Virus record (IMG/VR): IMGVR_UViG_3300045988_114702
Length of the DNA stretch: 64,000 nt
Source: a virus
Direction: 5' to 3' (one strand)
Below are positions 26,484 to 34,201 of this stretch, one piece after another. The translations under genes were made by a program, and so were the position numbers. Position 1 is the stretch's first letter. Each line of letters begins with the position of its first letter. Below the pieces are notes generated by a model that was not told where the DNA came from, searched no databases, and saw only the letters and a list, made by a program, of their open reading frames with translations.

Positions 26484-26844
26484 GATGTCACAGCTCGTTT
26501 TTTGATGTCACGATGTCACAAAAGCCCCAGAAAGTTTCGATTTCTCGTTACTTTCCGGGGCTTTCAAATTATTCTCCGATAATAAACCGCGCTACCATTT
26601 CCGGCACATCCAGCAGGTGCTTTTTGCCACAGATGATGTCAAAATGATGTCAGAAGTCGATTTTTGCTCATTTTTCAATCGTAGACACGTTTATTTTTTA
26701 GATATTCCATTATTCGAGCTCGATTCCGGAAAGTAGGTTTTTGGTTACACCAAGTCCATTTTTCCGGTTTTGGCGTGCATAAATTCCGTTGCTTCCATTG
26801 TGTGTTTTTGAGTGCACAATGGATTGCTGTCAAATTGATGTCAC
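26484..26844 (+). repeat. six copies of GATGTCA(C) in the attP-like noncoding region
   Basis: Copies at 26484, 26504, 26512, 26635, 26646 and 26837. These are candidate integrase arm-type or regulator sites. Confidence 0.5.
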
Positions 26845-26965
26845 GGGTCTTTGACTATCTATCAAGTGGTTCATTCAGGTGTTAGATACATTATTATAAT
26901 ACACCTGTTTGCAAGAAGCGTCAATGGGCATAGAAAAAGAGGACAGCTTTACGCTGTCCCCTCTC

Positions 26966-27238
26966 TCACTCGCCGTCTTTTCTTTGGCCTGTCACAGGCT
27001 TTTCAAAGCCGGTCCGGTTTCGCACCCTCGGCTCAGGATTCGGTTCCCGAACCAGTATCTCAGTCGGGCTGCAGTCCAGCGCTTCGCAGATGAGGTCTAA
27101 ATGGTTCAGATTCATCCGCTCGGCGATTTCGTTGTAGTAGTCGCTGATTGTAGTGGGGCGAATGCCCGTGGCGCGTGCCAGATCTGCTTGCGTCCATTTC
27201 AGCTCGCCTAGCTTCTTGGACAGTAAAATTCTAATCAT
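26966..27238 (-). CDS. XRE-family HTH regulator
   Basis: KWTQADLARATGIRPTTISDYYN. Confidence 0.75.
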   Translation of the reverse strand: MIRILLSKKLGELKWTQADLARATGIRPTTISDYYNEIAERMNLNHLDLICEALDCSPTEILVREPNPEPRVRNRTGFEKPVTGQRKDGE

Positions 27239-27330
27239 ATTCTCGCTCGCTCCTTACAATAAAAGATAACTTTTTCCACTGGAAAAGTCAGGAAAATGTT
27301 AGATTATCACGAATCTTGTTATTTTTTATC

Positions 27331-27395
27331 GTAAAAAAGCAAAAAAACACCCCCGTTACCCACTTCGACTTATAGTCTGATGGGTAACGGGGGTG
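27331..27395 (-). terminator. strong rho-independent terminator ending the late operon
   Basis: Perfect 15-bp stem (CACCCCCGTTACCCA/TGGGTAACGGGGGTG) followed on the minus strand by TTTTTTTGCTTTTTTAC. Confidence 0.8.
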
Positions 27396-27398
27396 TAA

Positions 27399-27791
27399 TC
27401 ATTTGCTCCGAGTATTCAGGTCGGCAAGCTGGCGTTGGTCGGATTCCCTATATCGCTCATCCACACCTTCCAGATGTGCAAGGCTTCTTTTCAGTTCTCC
27501 ATTCCAATAAATCTGACCCGTTTCGGTCTCCATTCGCTCAATGCCGGCACAAATGCAGGATAGCAGGTCAAATGTAGCCTTTCGGCTGTCCATCTGCAAA
27601 ATATACCGTTCTCGGCGCCGCTCATCGTCCTTTTCGCGTTTCTTTGCGGCACGATCAGCAGCTCCCTTGATAAGGATTTGATTCACAGCAAAACTAATCG
27701 CTCCACCCAGAAGTGTTCCAAGAAAAGCAACTACCGCTAAAAGCCACGCCGGAACGGCGACAGTGACTGTTTCAGCTGTCTCTGCAAGCAC
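27399..27791 (-). CDS. N-terminally anchored membrane protein, function unknown
   Basis: TM helix WLLAVVAFLGTLLGGAISFAV followed by a charged helical region. Confidence 0.6.
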   Translation of the reverse strand: MLAETAETVTVAVPAWLLAVVAFLGTLLGGAISFAVNQILIKGAADRAAKKREKDDERRRERYILQMDSRKATFDLLSCICAGIERMETETGQIYWNGELKRSLAHLEGVDERYRESDQRQLADLNTRSK

Positions 27792-27880
27792 CTACATCCT
27801 CCTTTCAGTCCTCCGGCTGTGTCAGCAATTCGATCCATCTCGTTACGGGAAGACGATCCAAGAGCCAATCCACAAGCCGC

Positions 27881-28189
27881 TTAAGCATTCTTCAGCACCT
27901 CCAGCCCAGACTTTGCAGCGTTAAACGATGTCTGGACTGCTTTGCGAATTAAGTCGTCCGTCACAAGGAAGCGAATCGGTGCAGGCACCTTTTCGCGCAG
28001 CCAAGACACAACAACCGCAAGGCGCGCCTCGCCCAGTTTGGTACCAACGAACTCCTTCTCCGCTTTGGAGATAGCATCGATTGCCCACTCGATCAGAAGC
28101 GCCTTATAGCCGAAGCGAATCGCCACGACGGACAGAACTGCCATAATCAGAATCACGATACAGGCGGTAACAATATTCATAACGCTCAT
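27881..28189 (-). CDS. holin (LL-H-like)
   Basis: N-terminal TM helix followed by an amphipathic region, located next to the endolysin. Confidence 0.7.
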   Translation of the reverse strand: MSVMNIVTACIVILIMAVLSVVAIRFGYKALLIEWAIDAISKAEKEFVGTKLGEARLAVVVSWLREKVPAPIRFLVTDDLIRKAVQTSFNAAKSGLEVLKNA

Positions 28190-28208
28190 AGATTATAACC
28201 CCTTTCTC

Positions 28209-28934
28209 TCAAAGCTGCTTAGCGAGAGCCGCCTTTGTCTTTGCTCCAGCAATGCCATCAACTGTCAGACCGTGAGCACTCTGGAACTCCTTGACTGTTT
28301 TTTCGGTATTCGCCCCGAAGATACCGTCCTTGTCGATTCCCAGTGCACCCTGCAGCACCGAATTGTACAAGCGCTGTGGGAAGCCGCTGGTGGACTTTTT
28401 CAGGTTGCTGGGTCCGAAAAGTTCTGCGACCCAGTTGGACGTGTATGCAGTAGAGCCTGCCACATTCGGGATGCCTGCGTACTGATGCACCGATACATAC
28501 CCAGTAGAAATATCGTTGATGCGAATTTCCCAATGCAGGTGACTTCCGGTGCTGTGGCCGGTGCTGCCCTCAACACCAATCAGATCTCCCGGTTTCAGCT
28601 TCTGCCCGACGGCCACGTTGATTTTGGACAGATGCCCAAAATACATATAGTAGGCAGTGCTGCCGATACGAACCACAACACGCTGGCCAAAACCTTTCTT
28701 CGGAAGCGTTGCACACTCCCATCCAGCACGAATAACCGTACCGTAAACCGGGCAATAGATGCTTTTGTCTCCAATGCCCACGAGATCATATCCTTGGTGA
28801 TATGTACCGTTTGCTCGCAGGTTTCGGTATGCCTGCGACACTCTGAAAGTGCCCTTATACGGAGAAATCAAAAAATCCACCTCTATTCCAAACAAAAAAG
28901 CCGCGCTGACCATCAGCACGGCTTCTCTCAACAC
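28209..28934 (-). CDS. endolysin: M23 peptidase plus C-terminal peptidoglycan-binding domain
   Basis: HQGYDL...GSTGHSTGSHLHWEI and FQSAHGLTVDGIAGAKTKAAL. The start is uncertain. Confidence 0.85.
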   Translation of the reverse strand: MLREAVLMVSAAFLFGIEVDFLISPYKGTFRVSQAYRNLRANGTYHQGYDLVGIGDKSIYCPVYGTVIRAGWECATLPKKGFGQRVVVRIGSTAYYMYFGHLSKINVAVGQKLKPGDLIGVEGSTGHSTGSHLHWEIRINDISTGYVSVHQYAGIPNVAGSTAYTSNWVAELFGPSNLKKSTSGFPQRLYNSVLQGALGIDKDGIFGANTEKTVKEFQSAHGLTVDGIAGAKTKAALAKQL

Positions 28935-29099
28935 TTTATAGCATCGTATTCGGCTTGCAGGATTGCTCTCTGCTCACCATAATTTTCAGGCTCTTCTCCT
29001 GTTTCAGCTGAAATGTCCTCCCAGCAATCCAGAAGATGAACCGCCGATGCTAACAAAACTTCGAGCTTTTGTTCTCGGCTCAAATAAAAGCACCTTCCA

Positions 29100-29240
29100 T
29101 CAGGATTCCTTCGGTCGCGGACCGCAGATACGCAAGGCCTGCGCCTTGGTCAGCTCGCCCTCGTCAACCTTTTCCCACACGCCTGCAGCGGTGATCTTCT
29201 TCATGCGGTACATAGTGCGATAAAACTGTTCCTTGCCCAT
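29100..29240 (-). CDS. XkdX-like small protein (46 aa)
   Basis: MGKEQFYRTMYRMKKITAAGVWEKVDEGELTKAQALRICG.... TAATG overlap with the upstream stop. Confidence 0.5.
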   Translation of the reverse strand: MGKEQFYRTMYRMKKITAAGVWEKVDEGELTKAQALRICGPRPKES

Positions 29241-29572
29241 TACAGCTCACCTCCCATAAACAGAGTTTCCAGCACGCTCACACGCTCTTCCAGAGAGGGC
29301 GCAGCTTCATCAGCGGTCGTCCATGCTTCTGCATAGACCCACCAATCATCAGCCGCCGCCGTGATGCTTTCCACGGTTTCCTCTGCATAATCGGAACCCA
29401 ACTTGCAAAGAGCCGTGGTGCACTCCCACGAAGTACCGCCCTGCTCTCCTTCGGGAGCCTCGGTTCGTACCTCATGAGCGTCCTTACGCAGGTACAGCCA
29501 AGCCGTACCGTCCGGCAGTTTTTCCAGCGTTACCGCCTGCGGATTATGGTCAAGGTTCTCGGTAAAAATCAT
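29240..29572 (-). CDS. hypothetical acidic protein
   Basis: 110-aa ORF with an ATGA overlap with the RT stop. Confidence 0.6.
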   Translation of the reverse strand: MIFTENLDHNPQAVTLEKLPDGTAWLYLRKDAHEVRTEAPEGEQGGTSWECTTALCKLGSDYAEETVESITAAADDWWVYAEAWTTADEAAPSLEERVSVLETLFMGGEL

Positions 29573-30846
29573 GCTGCTATCCTCACTTTCTTCATTGCAT
29601 TTCTTTGTGTCGTTACGCGGATTGCTACTTTTGCGGCCGTGAACAGCTTTTTCTGTTTTAGGGCTTCGCTGATTGCACGAGATTTTGTCCAGTCAAAATA
29701 GCCGTTATAGCTGACCAGCTTGTATGACCGCCAGACCGGCACATATCCATTTCGTGAAACATCAGCCTTGGCTCGAATGTACTGCCGCCGAGCCCTCAGA
29801 AAAATTCTGGGGCGTATCGTGGTGTAGGTACGGTGCATCACATAGCCAGCCATATCCAAACCCGGGCATCCTTTTGCCGCTCCCGTTAGGTGTCTGCGTT
29901 GATGCTCTTCAGCGGCGCTAAGAAAGTCCACACGAACCCACTCGTTTTTTATTGTCAATCCCAGTTCGGTCAGCGCCCACTTAGTCAATTTTCGGGCTGC
30001 ACTCTGTATGTCAGCCCATCGTCGGCCAAACAAAACAAGGTCATCCATATAGCTACCGCTGCGGATCACGAATCGCGTGGATGCTCCACGGCGAATCTTT
30101 GCATAACTCATGACCTTGACCAGCATATAGCTGGCAACAAGGTTAAAAAGCCACGCTTCAAGATAGCCGCCGATAAGCAATCCCTCACCCGGAGCCATTG
30201 CTAAAAGACATTTGACAACAGCCAGAAGCCATGTTGCTCCCGGGATTTCTTTCTGCAGGATCTTCATCACAAGTTCCTGTTTTGTGTGGGCGTATGCCCC
30301 CTGCACATCCAGCTTTATTGCATACTGTATGCCAAGACTTTTTCTGCGAAGCCAACGCTCGACTTGACGCTTCAAAGCGATTTGTCCCTTGCCGGGAATA
30401 CTGGCAAATTGATACGGCAACAGTTTTGCCTGAAGCAACGGGCGAAGTCCAAGTACCGCCAAATGCCCAAAAGCTTGGTGCATTGGACAGCAGTTAGACA
30501 GTTCCCGCCGTTTCATGCTGATTCCATCAATTCTGTAGAACACGCTCACAGGGTCAAGATCAAGGTCGTCTGTTTCTCCGTCCAACAAATCTTCTATCCG
30601 TTGCTCCATTTCAAGAGCAATCCCATTTACGGCTTCTAAACGCGGGTTCCAGTCGTTTACGCGGGCGGCGCTCGATAGTTGTGCACGGCTTACACCTCCA
30701 TATTTTTCCACCGTAGCGAGGTAATCCCGGCGGAACCATTTCTTATCAAAAGCTTCAAGGACAGCACGCTCGCACATTTCATGATTGAGCGACAAGTACC
30801 TCTTTGTTTTCATATCCTTAAAGCCTCCAAACTTGCTGATGTTCAA
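29569..30846 (-). CDS. reverse transcriptase (DGR-type)
   Basis: SYMDDLVLFG (YxDD) motif, with fingers/palm layout. It is adjacent to the TR/VR pair. Confidence 0.85.
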   Translation of the reverse strand: MNISKFGGFKDMKTKRYLSLNHEMCERAVLEAFDKKWFRRDYLATVEKYGGVSRAQLSSAARVNDWNPRLEAVNGIALEMEQRIEDLLDGETDDLDLDPVSVFYRIDGISMKRRELSNCCPMHQAFGHLAVLGLRPLLQAKLLPYQFASIPGKGQIALKRQVERWLRRKSLGIQYAIKLDVQGAYAHTKQELVMKILQKEIPGATWLLAVVKCLLAMAPGEGLLIGGYLEAWLFNLVASYMLVKVMSYAKIRRGASTRFVIRSGSYMDDLVLFGRRWADIQSAARKLTKWALTELGLTIKNEWVRVDFLSAAEEHQRRHLTGAAKGCPGLDMAGYVMHRTYTTIRPRIFLRARRQYIRAKADVSRNGYVPVWRSYKLVSYNGYFDWTKSRAISEALKQKKLFTAAKVAIRVTTQRNAMKKVRIAA

Positions 30847-31056
30847 CGGATTTCGGTTGCCGTTTCAGGCCTTAAATCAGGCAAAACGGATTTCTACTAC
30901 TCACCGCCACGCAGTCCCAAAAACTGCGGCCACGCTCTCACCAATGCGTCCGTATATCTCGAAACGCTCAGCTACATGGTGTCGGTATAACATGATCTTA
31001 GTGGTCAAGCCACAGGCGCAATGAAACGCTTATGCCCTTTTGAGGGCTATTTATCA

Positions 31057-31206
31057 TCAGCATTCCGGGGCACGCCGTTCCAGCTCGAGTTCGCCGGGGA
31101 ATTGTTGCCATTCGCGCAAGGCAGGCCGCAGTTAGCACCGTCATTCAGGTTGCCACCGCGCCACGGGGCGTACAGACCCGCCGAACTGGGCGAAATAAAC
31201 GCAGCC
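31057..31206 (-). repeat. DGR template repeat (TR)
   Basis: Aligns to 31352-31501 at a constant offset of 295. The sense strand is rich in AAC codons. Confidence 0.8.
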
Positions 31207-31329
31207 ACACGCCGCTTCATTGCTCCATAAAATAATCGGCTTGCGCCGATGGTAAACCATCGGCGCAAGCTGGGAAACGTGAACAGGGATTAGGGGGTTA
31301 CACCCCCTCTATGTGCCTACGGCACATAT

Positions 31330-33057
31330 TCACCCTCTCTTTTTGCCCGAGCCAGCAAGCCGGGGCACGCCGCACCAGCCCGAGAACGCCGGGGAAACGC
31401 CGCCAAACGCGCAAGGCAGGCCGCAGCAAGCACCGCCATACAGGTAGCCACCGCACCAAGGGGCGCACAGACCCGCCGAACCGGGCGAAACAAACGCAGC
31501 CCGTACATAGGTGGAACCGCTGCCATTGAACTTTTCATACATCATGGCTTCCGTACCCAACTTGCCCAGCTTACGGATATAGTGCCACGACCAAGTCGCC
31601 TTGTCGTTCAGGTCGAAGGAGCCGGTCTGGGCATAGTCCGAGGAGATAGAACCAACCTGCTTCTCACCGCTCTTGCAGGAGAACACGTCATAGTGCCAGT
31701 GGTCATCGTCCACGATGCTGGCTTTCCACAGAGGGTCAAGCTGTTCCGTATAAGCGCCGATCTGCATCTCGATGCCGGCCACACGGTACGGATATTTTCC
31801 GTTCGTCAGATTACCCCGACATCCATCGCTATGTCCCTGCACGCCCTCTGTTGTGCCGGACTCCCACGGCATAGTAGATACCAGCATCGTGGTCGTAGTG
31901 TCGATAGGAGAATCCAACTCAAGGTTCAGAGCCACATACTCGGTCTCGCTCACGGTCACATTGGTAATGCTGGAAATCTTGGCCCAGTTGAAAATATTGT
32001 GATTATAGTCCGTGTTGCGGTCCGTTCCCGTATTCTCGCCACGCTCACCCATGCAAACAGCAGAGCCCACAAGGAAATTTGCCCCCTGCGCTTTCGTCAC
32101 GAGCACTCGCTTTACTCCCGTTTCCGCCACAGCAGGGCTGTACTGGTAATTATAGACAGTGCAGCCCTCCAGCTTGCCGCTGTTGCTCAGCGTCCAATGG
32201 CGCAGCCGCCACTGCGCCAGAACATACTGCTGGTCGCAGTCAGTCCACAGGGCATCATAAGCGGTGATTTTACGAGCCAGAGGGATAGCAGCGTTGGCGC
32301 TTGTCCACGGCATCGGGGGCAGTCCAGCACCGCTGGTCATTCCACCCTTGGAATTTTTGCCGCCAAGGAAAGCCGGGTGCCATGTCAGCCAGCGGCGACT
32401 CTTATCAGGGGCCACATCGCCAGCCATAGGATCATAGCCGCCGCCCTCGAAGGTGCGGAAAGAGTTATACAGGTATGCGCCATCCTCCCACTCCTTCAGC
32501 ATCAAGGACAGAGCGAAGCAGTAAACGGGTGCGGTTTCGCCGGAAAGATCAAACCCGGTTTCACCCTCAACTGCCAGCACGTTCATCGTGCCATCTTCCA
32601 AGGACAGCGCATTGGCGCGAATGTACCATGTGAAAGGATCCTCTTCCGACCAGTCTGCGGTTTCCGGGCTGGTGTCAGTCAGAAGCGGAGCCGCTTCACG
32701 CCCGTCTGCCAGATCATCCAGCGGGGTGCCGGTGTAATCACCACTCACATCATCACTGTAGAAGCGAACGGTGTAGGTTTTGCTGCGAGCGCTCTCTGCG
32801 AGCATTTTCGCAAAGCGTTCCAGGCGCTGATACTTCGTCACGCCATCACCGGCAGACAGCGGCCACCAGCTCCAGAAGATTTCTGTGGTATTTTTGCCAT
32901 CCAGCAGACCGCGGAATGTTGCATCCACGAATTCTGCGCCGGCAGTACCGGCAGCAATGCCTGCCAAAATGTCATTTTGGCGTTTCATCTGAGCGGCCAG
33001 TTCCAGACCGGTTTCATCGCTCATAGGATGATTGATAAGTTCCCATGTGTCACCCAT
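31330..33057 (-). CDS. DGR target protein (probable receptor-binding tail fibre protein with C-terminal variable region)
   Basis: 575-aa ORF whose last 50 or so codons are the VR. It sits in the tail-fibre block. Confidence 0.8.
   Translation of the reverse strand: MGDTWELINHPMSDETGLELAAQMKRQNDILAGIAAGTAGAEFVDATFRGLLDGKNTTEIFWSWWPLSAGDGVTKYQRLERFAKMLAESARSKTYTVRFYSDDVSGDYTGTPLDDLADGREAAPLLTDTSPETADWSEEDPFTWYIRANALSLEDGTMNVLAVEGETGFDLSGETAPVYCFALSLMLKEWEDGAYLYNSFRTFEGGGYDPMAGDVAPDKSRRWLTWHPAFLGGKNSKGGMTSGAGLPPMPWTSANAAIPLARKITAYDALWTDCDQQYVLAQWRLRHWTLSNSGKLEGCTVYNYQYSPAVAETGVKRVLVTKAQGANFLVGSAVCMGERGENTGTDRNTDYNHNIFNWAKISSITNVTVSETEYVALNLELDSPIDTTTTMLVSTMPWESGTTEGVQGHSDGCRGNLTNGKYPYRVAGIEMQIGAYTEQLDPLWKASIVDDDHWHYDVFSCKSGEKQVGSISSDYAQTGSFDLNDKATWSWHYIRKLGKLGTEAMMYEKFNGSGSTYVRAAFVSPGSAGLCAPWCGGYLYGGACCGLPCAFGGVSPAFSGWCGVPRLAGSGKKRG
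31352..31501 (-). repeat. DGR variable repeat (VR) at the 3' end of the target gene
   Basis: 24 mismatches to the TR, 22 of them at TR sense-strand adenines. Confidence 0.8.
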
Positions 33058-33072
33058 TTCTTATACCCCCTT

Positions 33073-33336
33073 TTAGGTGCTTTTCTTGATGAAAAACGAC
33101 AGTCGGCCGCTCTCGTCCGGGCCAAGTGCATAGCTTGCAGAAGCAGCGCTTGCCGCAGCCTGCTGGGCCGCAGCTGTCGTCTTGTTCAACAGATCCTTCG
33201 ATGTCTCGGCAGCGGCCTTGCTGGTCTCTGCACTATCTTTCGCCGCATCCGCAACAGCTTTTGTCTGACTATACAGTTCATCCAATTTTGCTGCTGATTT
33301 CCTGCGAGCGATTGCGTAGGTCAAAATATCAATCAT
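33073..33336 (-). CDS. Ala-rich coiled-coil protein with GPD..GR.SFF C-terminal motif
   Basis: 87-aa ORF. The C-terminus YALGPDESGRLSFFIKKST parallels that of 33603..34190. Confidence 0.5.
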   Translation of the reverse strand: MIDILTYAIARRKSAAKLDELYSQTKAVADAAKDSAETSKAAAETSKDLLNKTTAAAQQAAASAASASYALGPDESGRLSFFIKKST

Positions 33337-33348
33337 ACGCCACCATCC

Positions 33349-33525
33349 TTACATCGGGTAGAACTTCCCGGTAGAATCGGCTATGTAGATATTGCCTGTG
33401 TGGATAACCAGTGCTTGCGCCCCCATCGGTGCAGATTTGATATTCTGCAGGTCTGCTTCATCGTCGCAGTAGTACACCGTGGCCGGCTGGGCTGCGGTGC
33501 CATACTGCTGCATAACTTTGAACAT
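33349..33525 (-). CDS. small hypothetical protein
   Basis: ATG at 33525 follows AAAGGAG. Confidence 0.5.
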   Translation of the reverse strand: MFKVMQQYGTAAQPATVYYCDDEADLQNIKSAPMGAQALVIHTGNIYIADSTGKFYPM

Positions 33526-33602
33526 AGAAACTCCTTTCCAGATTATAGCCATGCAACATCTGTAAATCTGATTTTTGTTAGAAAATCACGGATTCCGTGA
33601 TT

Positions 33603-34190
33603 TTAACTGCTCCTGCGAACAAAAAAGGAGAAACGGCCATCGGCATCCGGTCCGAATGCAAAATTGATAGATGCCGCCGATCCCGCCACCTGATTGGCAA
33701 TGTCCGCCGTCCGGTTCATGTAGTTCAGCGCATTTCCTTCGGATGTTCGAGCGTCTGCCGCGCTATCCCTCGATGCACGCTCGCTTGCCGCCGCAGAAGA
33801 CGCATTTTCCGTGGAGATTCTTTCGGACTTACTGGCCGCGATTGCGCTGGCATTCGCGGCAGATGCACTCTGCGCTGCGGCCTGCTCTGAAGCGCTGGTA
33901 TTGGCTACCAGCCGCTTGATTTCTTCGACGTTTTTCAGAATTGCATCTGCCACATCATCGCGGATTGCGTAGAGCAACCGCCATTCATCAGCTCCATCCA
34001 AAACGTACTGTGCTGCCATTTCGATGCAGTATGCTTGACTGGCCGGCTTTGCGAATTTCTTGACCTTGTACGATGAACCTGTGCTTTTGCTCGTAGGCAG
34101 TCCTTTGACATCTTCCATCGTGTCCACATAGAATGAGTACCACGCTTCGGTCTCAGTTTCCAGCAGGGTACTCGCAATCAGAATCGCCAT
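33603..34190 (-). CDS. fibre-like Ala/Ser-rich coiled-coil protein
   Basis: 195-aa ORF with C-terminus FAFGPDADGRFSFFVRRSS. Confidence 0.6.
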   Translation of the reverse strand: MAILIASTLLETETEAWYSFYVDTMEDVKGLPTSKSTGSSYKVKKFAKPASQAYCIEMAAQYVLDGADEWRLLYAIRDDVADAILKNVEEIKRLVANTSASEQAAAQSASAANASAIAASKSERISTENASSAAASERASRDSAADARTSEGNALNYMNRTADIANQVAGSAASINFAFGPDADGRFSFFVRRSS

Positions 34191-34201
34191 ACATTCTCCT
34201 T

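Larger units (their letters stand above)
29569..31501 (-). mobile_element. diversity-generating retroelement cassette (VR - TR - spacer - RT)
   Basis: Two 150-bp repeats differ almost only at template adenines. The RT lies immediately downstream. Confidence 0.8.

Noticed and set aside
28928-29083. Possible 51-aa TTG-initiated ORF between the XkdX-like gene and the endolysin gene
   Set aside because: It relies on a TTG start with a modest RBS and has no recognisable motif. I left it unannotated, although the 165-nt gap suggests something small may be encoded there.
29240-29572. Candidate Avd accessory protein for the DGR (33073..33336 also considered)
   Set aside because: The first is strongly acidic. 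The second is an Ala-rich coiled coil with a fibre-type tail. Neither looks like the basic four-helix-bundle Avd, so I left both as hypothetical.
31047-31268. 73-aa ORF (MRRWFTIGASRLFYGAMKRRVAAFISPSS...)
   Set aside because: It coincides with the DGR template repeat. Its similarity to the C-terminus of the 575-aa target is the TR/VR relationship. It has no RBS, and the TR functions as RNA.
31582-33297. Long plus-strand ORFs antisense to real genes (31582..33297 571 aa; 51035..52924 629 aa; 55114..56250 378 aa; 63066..63911 281 aa; 4359..5426 355 aa; 10856..11986 376 aa)
   Set aside because: Their composition is typical of antisense reading of GC-rich coding DNA (R/L/C/H-rich). They have no recognisable motifs, and each overlaps well-supported minus-strand genes completely.
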